Shown: piece after piece, positions 37,735 to 50,804 of the stretch
Numbering within the stretch: position 1 is the first letter of the stretch
Layout: the number at the start of each line of letters is the position of its first letter
Assembly (NCBI GenBank): GCA_964016885.1
Contig: OZ024747.1
Coordinates: 9,176,001-9,240,000, forward strand
DNA length: 64,000 nt
Source: Eledone cirrhosa
Lineage: Eukaryota
Reading direction: 5' to 3'
Position numbers and translations under genes: made by a program
Notes under the pieces: model-generated
Databases searched by the model: none
Seen by the model: only the letters and a program-made list of their open reading frames with translations
What the model was told of the DNA's origin: nothing

Positions 37735-39605
37735 AGTATACCTATGTGGCCTAATTAGCAGCGGGGGAGGTTGCTCTGAAAGCATAGAAGCCAAAATAAG
37801 ATCATGGTGAAAAGTTCCGAGAAACCTTGTGGCCAAAAATGGATTTTTTCTACGAATTTTTCCACGATTTTCTCTACGATTTTCTCTACAATAATCTCTA
37901 CGATTTTCTCTACAATAATCCCTATGATTTTCTCTACAATAATCTCTCCGATTTTCCCTACAATAATCTCTACGATTTTCTCTACAATAATCTCTCCGAT
38001 TTTCTCTACAATAATCTCTACGATTTTCTCTACAATAATCTCTACGATTTTCCCTACAATAATCTCTACGATTTTTTTCTACAATAATCTCTCCGATTTT
38101 CCCTACAATAATCTCTACGATTTTCTCTACAATAATCTCTACGATTTTCTCTATAATAATCTCTACGATTTTCTTTACAATAATCTCTCCGATTTTCCCT
38201 ACAATAATCTCTACGATTTTCTCTACAATAATCTCTCCGATTTTCTCTACAATAATCTCTATGATTTTCCCTACAATAATCTCTACGATTTTCTCTACAA
38301 TAATCTCTACGATTTTCTCTACAATAATCTCTACGATTTTCTTTACAATAATCTCTCCGATTTCCCCTACAATAATTTCTACGATTTTCTCTACAATAAT
38401 CTTTACTATTTTCTCTACAATAATCTCTACGATTTTCTCTACAATAATCTCTATGATTTTCCCTACAATAATCTCTACGATTTTCTCTACAATAATCTCT
38501 ACGATTTTCTCTACAATAATCTCTACGATTTTATCTACAATAATCTCTATGATTTTCCCTACAATAATCTCTACGATTTTCTCTACAATAATCTCTACAA
38601 TTTTCTCTACAATAATCTCTATGATTTTCCCTACAATAATCCCTACGATTTTCTCTACAATAATCTCTACGATTTTCTCTACAATAATCTCTACGATTTT
38701 CTCTACAATAATCTCTACGATTTTCTCTACAATAATCTCTATGATTTTCCCTACAATAATCTCTACGATTTTCTCTACAATAATCTCAACGATTTTCCCT
38801 ACAATAATCTCTACGATTTTCTCTACAATAATCTGTACGATTTTCTCTACAATAATCTCTACGATTTTCTCTACAATAATCTCTACGATTTTCTCTACAA
38901 TAATCTCTACCATTTTCCCTACAATAATCTCTACGATTTTCTCTACAATAATCTTTACTATTTTCTCTACAATAATCTCTCCGATTTTTCCTACAATAAT
39001 CTCTACGATTTTCTCTACAATAATCTCTACGATTTTCTCTACAATAATCTCTACGATTTTCTCTACAATAATCTCTACGATTTTCTCTACAATAATCTCT
39101 ACGATTTTCCCTACAATAATCTCTACGATTTTCTCTACGAGTGAGGAGTAGATTGTATGATGCCGGCGTACGAAGCACAATATCGTATGGTAGTGAGATA
39201 TGGCCGGTCCTTGCAGACGATATGCCAAGGTTGCAGGTAAAGAAATGAAGCGAGCATATTACGATGGATGTATTAATGTCAGTGTGCATAAACAATGTAG
39301 CACGTACAAGGTGAGGAAAAAACACAGCATCAGATGTTGTGAGCAAGAGAGAAGATTACGCTGGTATAGACATGTTATGCATATGAATAATGAGGGTTAG
39401 GTGAAGACGTGCCAGTAGATTCCAGTGGAAAGAAGATGTAGAAAGAGAAGACCAGGAAATGTCATAGGTAAGAACTGATCTCAACAATCTGAACCTCAGA
39501 TGAGATAACGAAAGAACGCAACAAAGGGAAGGATGTCGTACTGGAGAAGACACGTCCAACCCCCACGAAATCATGGAAAATAGGACATAAAATGACGATG
39601 GTGAT
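37735..39605 (+). mobile_element. Degenerate RTE LINE split by an internal 24-bp array
   Basis: [15 protein letters not shown] before the array; RLYDA...RRLRWYRHVM after it. Confidence 0.8.
37862..39139 (+). repeat. 24-bp tandem repeat (~53 copies)
   Basis: ctctacgattttctctacaataat. Confidence 0.95.
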
Positions 39606-39615
39606 CCCCCCCCCC

Positions 39616-39653
<38 letters not shown>

Positions 39654-39783
39654 GTAAAAGTTCTATTTAAATTGTTGGAATACAACAAGCAAATATTTTT
39701 ATAACTGATATAAAGCACTCAACAAATATTTTGAGTAAATATACGATATTAACAAATGGAAACTATATTCATAAAACCATATT

Positions 39784-39848
39784 TATTTCATTATACATAT
39801 TTCAAGGACACCAAGTTAAATTATGGTGTGCTTTCATCAGATAAAATA
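39784..39848 (-). ncRNA. Minimal type-I hammerhead ribozyme motif (Penelope-like element repeat)
   Basis: tattttat-CTGATGA-aagcacacca(loop)tggtgtcctt-GAAA-tatgta-TA-atgaaata. Confidence 0.75.
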
Positions 39849-40046
39849 TAATATAGATCAGTTTTATGAGTAAATATTGACATACCCTTAAAGAATGCAA
39901 CCATTGCTGTTGGAAGCTCCCGGATAGTGGAGTTGTAGCTTTAATTATATTATTAGTATTGGATATTTTTATTTTTAAAATAAGCCGTTGGGTTACGGAG
40001 AAAGAGAAAGATAGAGAAGGAGAGAGAAAGAAAGAGAGAAAGAAAA

Positions 40047-40108
<62 letters not shown>

Positions 40109-40122
40109 CAGAAACAACAGAG

Positions 40123-40174
<52 letters not shown>

Positions 40175-41292
40175 CAGAGAAAAAGGGAGAGAACGAAAAA
40201 CTCTAAGTCATATCTTATTGAGTTAACTTAACAATTGAGATGAAATGAATAAATAAAATTAGAAATGTTAATAATCATGAATGGAATATACATATATAAT
40301 ATGAGAAATTAACCATTGTTTAAATATGATTAGATGTTTAGTTAATCATTTAAATATTGAGATCAATATATTAAAAATTGGGATCTATATATTAAGAAAT
40401 CCATATATTATTAAATTGGCAGTATCGGTAGAGAGTCGGATGCCATGCTTTCCAGCATAGTTACGTCCCTTTGCGGTCTGAGTTCAAATCCCGCCGAGGT
40501 TAACTTTGCCTTTCATCCTTACGGGGTCGATAAAATAAAGTACCAGTAATGTACTGGGTAATTGATGGCCTTGTGCCAAAAGTAGAAACAATTATTAAAG
40601 ATCTATATATTATATAACACGTATACACACGCAAAAATACATACATATAAATATAAATATATATACACACTTATAAAATACATATAGATATCTAATTACG
40701 TATATAATATATACGCACAAAACATAAAGGATTCTTTAATTTAATTTAAGATATAGGAATCTTATAGAATGTTATAATTGTTAAGATATTAAAGGAAATT
40801 TTATGTTATAAACACTTTGTTATTAAACAAAATTTTTTATATAAGTTTTATAAGATTACCTGTTATGTATTTACGGCTGTTATTATATGTCTATCTGTCA
40901 CGAATCTTGGGATAATCACTATACATAAGTGCAATCGAATTGTATGGATATATACGCACATGTACATACACAATTCCCACATATATGTGTACCCTCAACA
41001 AATAGGTAGATATGCATTACGTATACATATACATACAGATAGACATACACGCATAAAACATATGTACATGTATGTCAATACACACATATACATATATACA
41101 CAGATATAGAGAGAAGTATATATAAATACAGTACATAGTATAATTGAGTACAACGGCTTATTTTAAAAATAAAAATATCCAATACTAATAATATAATTAA
41201 AGCTACAACTCCACTATCCGGGAGCTTCCAACAGCAATGGTTGCATTCATTAAGGGTATGTCAATATTTACTTATAAAACTGATCTATATTA

Positions 41293-41357
41293 TATTTTAT
41301 CTGATGAAAGCACACCATAATTTAACTTGGTGTCCTTGAAATATGTATAATGAAATA
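41293..41357 (+). ncRNA. Minimal type-I hammerhead ribozyme motif
   Basis: Same motif as 39784-39848 in the opposite orientation. Confidence 0.75.
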
Positions 41358-41592
41358 AATATGCTTTTATAAATATAGTTTCCATTTTTTAATATCGTAT
41401 ATATATATAACAAAGGAATTGTGGTAAGGAACCAGATGGACCATAACGCACCAGAGTACTCAATACTTAGGGTAGTAGAGTGGGAAATAGGAAAAAGTAT
41501 GACCCCGACGGCAGAGCTCAAGCCGTTTCGACGGCTATTTTAGAAATAGCCGTCGAAACGGCTTGAGCTCTGTCGTCGGGGTCATACTTTTT

Positions 41593-41652
<60 letters not shown>

Positions 41653-41752
41653 AGTGTGTGTGTATGTGTGTGTGTGCATGAATGTATATACATATATATG
41701 TGTATCTGTATATGTATGCATATATATGTAATATATGTATGAAAATATGTAC

Positions 41753-41799
<47 letters not shown>

Positions 41800-42005
41800 T
41801 ATGTATACGTACATACATACATGTATACAGACGTACAGTAGTATGTATATATATATACATGCACACATGCATATATGTACGTATGGATTCACTGAACATT
41901 TATTATAATGCTCGGTGTATTTGTAAACAAACATCCCGGATTAAGCCGTACAGTGTTTAGCAACCATCGTTGCTAATTTGTTCAACACTGACAAAGGAAG
42001 GTATA

Positions 42006-42046
42006 CGTTGCTGACGATAGCTAATAAGCTTGAAACTAGTACAGCG
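42006..42046 (+). ncRNA. Minimal hammerhead ribozyme motif (second family) in the loop of a foldback
   Basis: cgttg-CTGACGA-t-agc(taataa)gct-t-GAA-ACTAGT-A-cagcg: palindromic stem III and a GUA cleavage triplet. Confidence 0.72.
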
Positions 42047-42312
42047 TTCCTTTGTCAGTGTTGAACAAATGAGCAACGATGGTTGCTAGACACTGTACGG
42101 CTTAATACGGGATGTTTGTTTACAAACACACCGAGCATTATAATAAATGTTCGGTGAATCCATACGTACATATATGCATGTGTGCATGTATGTATATATA
42201 TACATACATACTACTGTACGTCTGTATACATATATGTATGTACGTATACATACTTATATTTAAGTAACAGCCGTACTAAGAGTGAGAAATGAAATTTCGT
42301 TTCATTTTTTCC

Positions 42313-42368
<56 letters not shown>

Positions 42369-42555
42369 TCCGGATAACCAAAGATGTGGGTTCGACTCCC
42401 ATGTACGTCAATACTCATCTTTTTCCATTTCTCCGAGGGTTCTTAACCCCACTATCAGGCTAAATAATTTCTTTAATTTCTTTAGTCAAAATACGGAGAT
42501 AGCTTACATTTCTAATAATTTCAAACCCACTCGCTGTTTCGAAAATATTCTTACT

Positions 42556-42606
<51 letters not shown>

Positions 42607-43924
42607 CATGTATCTATGTATGTTTCTGTGTGTGTATATATATACATGCATACATATATATGCACACACACACATCATCATCATCAGGTGTTTTATTTTG
42701 GGACATGTACATAGTCCCACTCTGGATTCGAACTGGGGACTAAGGAGAACAATGTCGGTTTATATTCAGCAATCCGCTAACGGCATATAACAAAAGACGA
42801 TAAAGAGGTAGAGAAGTAAGAAGAAAGAGAAGATCGATGGTGAAATAAGAGTTAGACGAGGATGAAGAAGAGGAAGCTAAGATGATGAAGCTAAATGGAG
42901 AGAAGGATAACGAAAGAGAAGAGAATATGAAGAAGTAAAAGATGAAAGAAAATGGAAGAAAGATGGAAGAAAGATGGAAGAAAAATGGAAGAAAGATGGA
43001 CGAAAGATGGAAGAAAGATGGACGAAAGATGGAAGAAAGGGGGAAGAATGGTGAGCGAAAGACAACAGAAAAGAGTGAGAAAAGAAAGAAGAGGAGGTGC
43101 AGGAAGATGAGGTATTAGATTGGAGATAGGCGAAGAGGAAAGATTAAAAATGACAGCTGAAGATGATATATTTTCTGTTATGACTTTACAAATATAACAG
43201 ACGACAGCTCATGTTTCGGAGGAGATAAAAGTTGATAACGATGACAACAATTGCAACAGCTACAACTACAACTACTGCAACTACTGCAACAACTATAACA
43301 ACTATAACTGCAGTAACAACTACAACAACTATAACTACAGCAACTAAGACAACAATTACTATGATGACAGTAACAACAACAACAGCAACAACCACAAGAA
43401 GAAGAGATATGACAGCATTACAGCTAGAGATCATATTTTTAGGAATAACTGTAACATCATCATCATCATCATCGACATAACAACAACAACAACAACAGAA
43501 ACAACAACAACAACAATGGTTTCTTATATAGGCACAAGGCCAGCAATTTTTGGGGAGGGGATAGTCGATTAAATCGTCTCCAGTGCGTGACTGGTACTTT
43601 ATTTTATCGACCCTGTAAGAATGAAAGGCGAAGTTAACCTCGGCGGGATTTGAACTCAGACCGTAAAGGACCGTAACTCGATGCTGCAAAGCATGGTGTC
43701 CGACTCTACTGATATTGCCAATCACCGCATACTCTGTACTGCACTAAATACTTAATCCTATCAACGGAAAAACGTTTCATACCAGGAAATGTTCAAATGG
43801 GATCTTAGTCTATACAGTCTCAGAGGTCTGATACAATATTAAATAATTTCCCCTTATACAAGCCTATCCAATATAAAATACAAAACGCCTACAAAATACT
43901 CGCTAAATTATATTCCTCTTATTT

Positions 43925-45000
43925 TCAGCTTTTATCTCAGCTTACTTGTGCTCTGTCGTTCTCATACTTACATTACACATCCAGCGAAGCATGCATGCTT
44001 CATTCTTTTAGCCACCTCAGTTCTTCTGTACTCAAGGCCCATGTTTCGCTGCCATGCAACATAGTAATTCAAACACATGCATTATATCATTATATAATCT
44101 GCCTTTCATTCTGAGAAAGAAACCTTTTGTTGTCTGTAGAAGTAACAGTTCCCTGAAATTCTTTCACACTGCTCTCATTCTAGTTACAATATTTTTGGTA
44201 CATCCACCATCGCTGCAAATGTGGTCCACACTATGAGCCTTCTAAACATATAAGGGAGTTTATTTCTCGAGTGCTCTTACTGTTGACTACTCCTGCGTAC
44301 ATATCACACATGAAGTCTACTTTCTCTGTTATCCTATCTATGATCCCGCTACATCCCTTGTGTGTCCACTGTCCATAATGGATGAACGGTATAGAGTTTC
44401 TACACACTCCTTTTCGGTATATTAATCATGACTATTTTTTTATGGTATCAGAGTCCTATCTTTTTTCCTCCTTACAAAAACTTTAGTCTTTGTTAGGTGT
44501 ACTTTGGAGCCCTTTAATTCCAGATTGTTCTCAAGTCTGGAACATCTGTTTTAATTCTTTTATAGTTTCTACTATGTTCCCATGGACATCCACCCTTGAA
44601 TACCTCTGACATGGAGGATAATAATTGTTTCTACTTTTGGCACAAGGCCAGCAATTATCCCAGTGCATTACTGGTACTTTATTTGATCGAGCCCCGTAAG
44701 GATGAAAGGCAAAGTTAACCTCAACGGGATTTGAACTCAGAATGGAAAGGGCCGTAACTATGCTCGAAAGCATGGCGTCCGACCCTCTACCGATACTGCC
44801 AATTCACCGCCTTTGGAGGATAATAATGAACATGTGGAGGTTGAGAACTCATCCCTAGTGAACAACTATCCACCCACTAGATTCATCGCTGTACTCATGG
44901 TTATCCTTCACCTTGCTGACTGCCCCCTGGTGGATGGCTTGTACAACTCTCACAGGTGCCACTAGATTATAGGACATGGGATTCTGCCTCTTCCAGGTCA
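43925..45000 (-). mobile_element. Degenerate RTE LINE fragment with an inserted SINE
   Basis: KGFFLRMKGRLY / LLCCMAAK-like remnants near 44050-44130. The SINE at 44626-44813 has a 14-bp TSD (tggaggataataat). Confidence 0.72.
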
Positions 45001-45057
45001 GAAAATTCTATGTATTCCAATATGAGGTGCCTATTCTTAGCTAATATATATTTATAT

Positions 45058-46688
45058 AGACTAGCAGAAAAACCACCCTTCAGGTAGTTTTCTGTTAGCA
45101 TGTGTAGTGTGTATATTGATATTATACGCAAGTGTATATACATGTAGATATGATACATCAAATAACATCGTAAATGACAATATATAATACATAGAAATTG
45201 AACGAAGACTGCGTTACACTGTCTTATGTAATCAGTAACGTAATCCATGATACATTAAAAAAAAGACGATATCTAATATATATTTGTGAAATGGGCGGTG
45301 GTTGAAATTCAAATGTGCACGGTTAAATGGTAGTAGACGTGGTCGGACTGACATGAAAATTTACACACCTATGTAAAAAGTGCCAAGGAAGCAAATAGAT
45401 GAGGTTTCAAATCTCTAACTTGAAAAATGTGGTCCCTGGGGCCCCAAAACTATCGCGTTCGGTGAGTTATTTCCCCCTGTTCTAATACTTTTGTCTTATT
45501 TACAATTTCATCATCCTTCTACATTTAACGATCATACAGTACCGTTTTATGAATTCGATTCTGCAGTACGGTCACTGTTTTCCATCAAAAGAAATAAAAC
45601 CCTTGGCGATACTTGGTTTTAGTGTCCTAAATTATCATCATCGACATTCAATTATTAGCTCCACCCACTACACGATACGTCACGAAGGTAAATGTTTCGA
45701 AAAAATGTTAAACTTTATATCGCAACAATATATTGTTTAAAAAAATTTGTTTTCTGTTGTTAAAAACTGTAAATCTGTTTTAAAAAAAATGTATTTCGCA
45801 GCAATTTTTTTTTCTGTTAAAAACTGTAAATAAATATTTATGTAAAAATGAAGCATAGTGTTTCGGTTAAATACATTTTTTTTAAACAGATTTACAGTTT
45901 TAAACAACAGAAAAAAAATTTCTTTAAACAATATATTGTTGCGATATACAGTTTAAAATTTTTTCGAAACATTTACCTTCGTGACGTATCGTGTGTTAAA
46001 AAAAAAATGTATTTCGCAGCAATTTTTTTTCTGTTAAAAACTGTAAGTAAATATTCATGTAAAAATGAAGCATAGTGTTTCGGTTAAAAACTTAAAAACT
46101 GTAAATAAATATTCATGTAAAAATGAAACAGTTTTTCTGTGAAAAACTGTAAATAAATATTTATTTTGTTCAAAAAATAAATCAAAAATCTAATTTTCTC
46201 TGTTAATATTTTAATAAATATTTATTCTAAAAATTCAATGTTTTTTCGTGTAAAAAAAGCATGTAAGAAAGAACATGTAAAAATCAAGCAGCAGCAGCAG
46301 CTGATGACGTGTCATGACGTATCGTGTAGTGGGTGGAGCTAATAATTGAATGTCGATGATGATAATTTAGGACACTAAAACCAAGTATCGCCAAACCCTT
46401 AAATTGCGAAGAAGGGACACGTGTTTTTATTTTAATTCTAATACATGTTAACCACCACTAACAGTAAGTAGTATTTTTCAAATTGCATATCATCGACATT
46501 GCTATTTAGCTGTTAATAAACAACGCTTTTCACGTCGCTCCACTTCTCATTGTACGCCGTCCAGCCCCAAGTGCATATTTCTATTTTTTTTCCTGAAACT
46601 GCTTCTTTATAATAAACTTTCAATAATATTTTTCAAATTATTAACTTAATAAAAAGTGGCCCCGGGTGCAACCGGGCTCAGCTGCTAG
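45058..46688 (+). mobile_element. Helitron-like non-autonomous element (boundaries tentative)
   Basis: The right end has the hairpin gcccgg(gtgcaa)ccgggc followed by CTAG|T at 46685-46689. The left end has an outward-facing ACTAG plus hairpin. Confidence 0.5.
45604..46393. mobile_element. Foldback/MITE with perfect 79-bp TIRs
   Basis: 45604-45682 is the reverse complement of 46315-46393, and AACCCT flanks both sides. Confidence 0.85.
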
Positions 46689-47442
46689 TTATATATAACC
46701 TGCATTAGGAGAAAATTAGTGACGGGAATATATGAATATTTATTTAAACGATCGCTAACCGGAAGTGTTGACATTTGAAAATTTTAAAGAAGTGAATCTT
46801 TAAATAAATAATAAAATATATTTAACGAACAGCCACGAAATTTAGTAGATAAATTATGTAATATTCATTCATTATTTACTCAAAGTAATCCAACTTATTT
46901 TACTAAGGGGATAAAAAATTATAAACCGTACGCAGTCCCGCGCTTCTTACTTTATTATAGGGAGTCACCAGTTTAGACTAGTAGAATGATTTAGTAAATA
47001 GTTAGTGCCCGATGGCTGAACTCAAGCCGTTTCGACGACGAATGTATTACGAGTTATCCATTCGCCATCGAAACTATTTATTGTATAATATTATATTATA
47101 TTATATTATATTATATTTTATTATATTATATTATATTATATTTTATTATATTATATTATATTTTATTATATTATATTATATTATATTATATTATATTATA
47201 TTATATTATATTTTATTATATTATATTATATTATATTATATTATATTATATTATATATAGTAATTATAATAAATGTGAAGACTAAAATCCAAAGAGGGCT
47301 CGATAAGGATATTATATATATAAATATATATAAAAACCGTAGAGCAAATATTTATTAAAATAACATTAAAGTTTAAGCAAAGAATCGCTGCTTTCACCCT
47401 TAATGGGATCTTCTGAAACTTTCATTATTTTAATAAATATAT

Positions 47443-47526
<84 letters not shown>

Positions 47527-47528
<2 letters not shown>

Positions 47529-49737
47529 GTGGCGTAGCTAGGGTGTGGCAAGGAGGGCACATGCCACGGGCGCCATATTTAGGGGGGGGGGGGGCGCAAT
47601 TTCGACCTAGATCGATTTACATCCATGTCGTTTTTATCATTTTAAAAAATATAACCCCAAAATGAAGCATGTGATTTCTTGATAGCCGACTTCCACGCCA
47701 TGTCTAGTGCACTAGACAGAGCAGATATCTGATTTGACTTCACAAAAACGCCCCCCCCCCTCCACACTGACAGCATGGTGGGTTGCAATTATGCGGGCGC
47801 TATTTTTAGCTATACATTGCAAAACAGCGGATACCTCACAAAACCGCCCCCTCCCCCACACACTGACTAAAGGGACGTAGTTTTGGACGTGCAACTGGTG
47901 GACACGCAGGCGCTATTTTTAGCAATGCATTGCAATGACCAATACAAGATAATTATAATTATGAAGCTAGTTTACAAAACAGAGTAGTTTGTCTTTGACA
48001 ACTGGTACATAAGACGTATAGCAAAGGTATCATAATCCAAATGGCCAGATAGGATCGGATAGCTTCTATTAGGAATTCAACTTGACTCCAGTTTAGATGG
48101 TTCAATGTTTTCTTCTATAATACAGTTCGTCAGAATTTACTAAATCGTATCCCAAAAGCAAGATACTATGGTCTGCTGATTGATTCGACCCCTGACCAGG
48201 CGCACCGAGAACAACTGTCAAAACTGTCAATGTTGATTTCAATATGAAGACGGTTTGTGAGGGAATCTTTTCTTGGATTCATTCAAGTAATCAAAAAAGA
48301 TGCCGCAAGCCGCAAACCTTGTTGAAACAATCGTGAAAGAGCTAGAAAAAGATGACCTACCACTGCAGAACTGTCGATCGCAGTGCTACGACAATGCTGC
48401 CATAGTGGCTGGGCACCGCAATGGGGTTCAGCAGAGAATGAGAGAGAAGAATAATTTGATTCACTTCGTTAATTGCGATAACCATTCACTTAATCTGGCT
48501 GGTCTTCATGCAGCCAAAAACATTTCTGCTATGATGAACTTTTTCAGTTGCATTGACTCGTTATACAACTTTTTTTCTCGTTCAACACGACGATAGGAAG
48601 CCCTTAAAGAAGTTGCTCCAGTGGTTGTTAAATATCCTTCCGACACGCGGTGGAGTGCTAGATGTACCGCAGTCAGACCGGTGGCGAATTATTTGACGGT
48701 GATTGTTCAAGTTCTCGAAAAAATTAGTGATGATGAAACAGAGACATGCGAGAGTAGAAGTGATGCCAGTAATCTCCATAATCGGATACTGAGTTATGAA
48801 TTCCTAAACTTGATTGGATTCTGGAACACGATTCTCTCACGAATTGACCGGTTTCAAAAGAGACTTCAAGATCCAAGAATGAATTTTCACGATGCTGCAG
48901 CTGATATAGGAGCCCTTCAACTTTATTTTAAAGAAGAAGGAACATCCTTAATCCACGAGTCTCTTGAAATGGGCTTCGACCTCTGCCAGAAATGGAATGT
49001 CGATTTTCCGAGGAGGCGAGGAAGACGACAAACCAATACCTAAATTACTGAGGATGTCGAGGTGGCTGCCAAGAAAGAGATAGCGAGAGCAATGCAAAGT
49101 TCACTCAATCGTCTTCAAACAGAAATGGAAGAACGGTTTATTCGACTTAAGGAAACTGACTCAAGTTTTGGCTTTCTTCTTGATGTCAACTATCTGTTTT
49201 ATTTGGCTGCTCCTGATAACCTTCTCCTTAAACAAAGGTGCAACAGTCTTGCAGAACTATACAACTCCGACATCGACGGATTGTATGAGGAAATCCTGGA
49301 CTGCCGATCTTTGCTGGCTACAAGGACAGCTATCCCAATTTTAAAGCCGGAGGCACTTCTCCAATTCATCATACAATATGGCGATGAATGTGTTTTTACC
49401 AATTTGCGAATCAGCATTCAAATAATGTTGACGATTTCTATTTCAATTGCCAGTTACGAGAGGTCGTTCAGCAAGCTGAAGCTAATACATTCGTATTTGC
49501 GAACCTCAATGGGCCAACAACGGCTGACTGACCTCGCCCTTTTGAGTGTAGAAATCGAAGAGTTTGAACGAACTGATTTCTAAGAAATTATCAACCAGTT
49601 TGCCTCATTAAAAGCCCGAAAAATCAAGTTGTAACCGTTTTTTGTTTTTTTATTATAAATTCTACCGCAATTTCGTCTTTGTGGATCTTGATTTTTGATG
49701 TTTGCCTTGGGCGCCGTTTACCCCAGCTACGCCACTG
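47527..49737 (+). mobile_element. hAT DNA transposon (ZMYM1-like transposase), internally deleted and pseudogenised
   Basis: 17-bp TIRs CAGTGGCGTAGCT(A/G)GGG and an exact 8-bp TSD TATATATG. Transposase motifs DSTPD, QCYDNAA, CDNHSLNL, DTRWS and ERSFSKLKLI...MGQQRLTDLALLS lie in broken frames. Confidence 0.95.
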
Positions 49738-49993
49738 TATATATGTATACTATCAATATACTGTCTTTTATTTAGTACATCCGAATAGTATACATAAGTA
49801 CATAAACCTACAAAAAGACTATTATATCCCTCTCTTTCACTGTCTCCCCCTCTCTCTCCTACTGTCTCTGTGTCTCTATCACTAAATCTCCTTCTCTCTC
49901 TCTCTACTGTCTCTGTGTCTCTCTCCCTAAATCTCCTTCTCTCTCTCTCTCACTGTCTCTCTGTACCTCTCTCACTCTCTCTCCGTCTCTCTG

Positions 49994-50033
<40 letters not shown>

Positions 50034-50321
50034 CCTCTCTCTCTCTGTCTCTCTCTCTCTCTCTGTCCTTCTCTCACTGACTCTGTCGGTTTCCCTTGCC
50101 AATGTATTCAATGTTTGTCTCCCTTTCTCTGTCATCTTCACCTTCTACTTATCCGTCTCTTCCCCCTTCTCTCTCTTATATTTTTGTCCTCCCCCGCCTC
50201 TATCTTTAGTTCCTCCCACTCCACTCCAATAGCCAGTCACGTGCCACACTCGTCTATCAAAACAAATTGAACAGATACTTTTCATATAATAAATTTTACT
50301 CCGACACACGTATGTATGTAT

Positions 50322-50787
50322 GTTATCTCTTTCTCTTAATTTCGAGTATATTTCTTTGACCGGCCACCTTCCTGGTGGCAAGGTTGTAAAAGAAAAGAAA
50401 TTGTCATCCCTTGAATCGCAAGAATGTTTTGCAAATTTTGAAGGTGCTAGCTATCGCAGCCATTTGTAGACTATGAATTAGGGAGCTGCGCTCATTGTCC
50501 GCAAATCCAAGTTCAGTCATACTTTGGTCCAAACGGGTTGGTATATAATCCGTAGCTCCAATAATGATGGGTATGAAGCTAAAGGTGTATCTTGGATACT
50601 GGATTTGCAAACTCCTCATCAATGGCCCGTAGATGTCTTCCTTCTCCAGTATTTTTCTGACAACGTTTACATCAAGTGGGCAGCTGATCTCCACAACAGA
50701 ACACGTTTTCAATGTGTGGTCCCAAACAACAATATCAGGCCGGTTGTGCTTTAATTTGGTGGCAGTTTTTATTTTCAGGTTCCACCA
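50322..50787 (-). mobile_element. R4/Dong-like non-LTR element 3' end (restriction-like endonuclease domain)
   Basis: WWNLKIKT...HNRPDIVVWD...VVEISCP...EKEDIY...PIIIGA...LQMAAI. A related 3' end lies at about 54461-54676 (+). Confidence 0.8.
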
Positions 50788-50804
50788 GTATGTATGTATG
50801 TATA

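Noticed and set aside
37729-39228. 499-aa (EKIVEIIV)n and 446-aa (YNNLYDFL)n ORFs
   Set aside because: A 24-bp array inside a dead RTE element.
47370-47422. CAGAAGA-tccc/ggg-tGAAA hammerhead-like string (minus strand)
   Set aside because: The core is mutated and stems I and III are not supportable.
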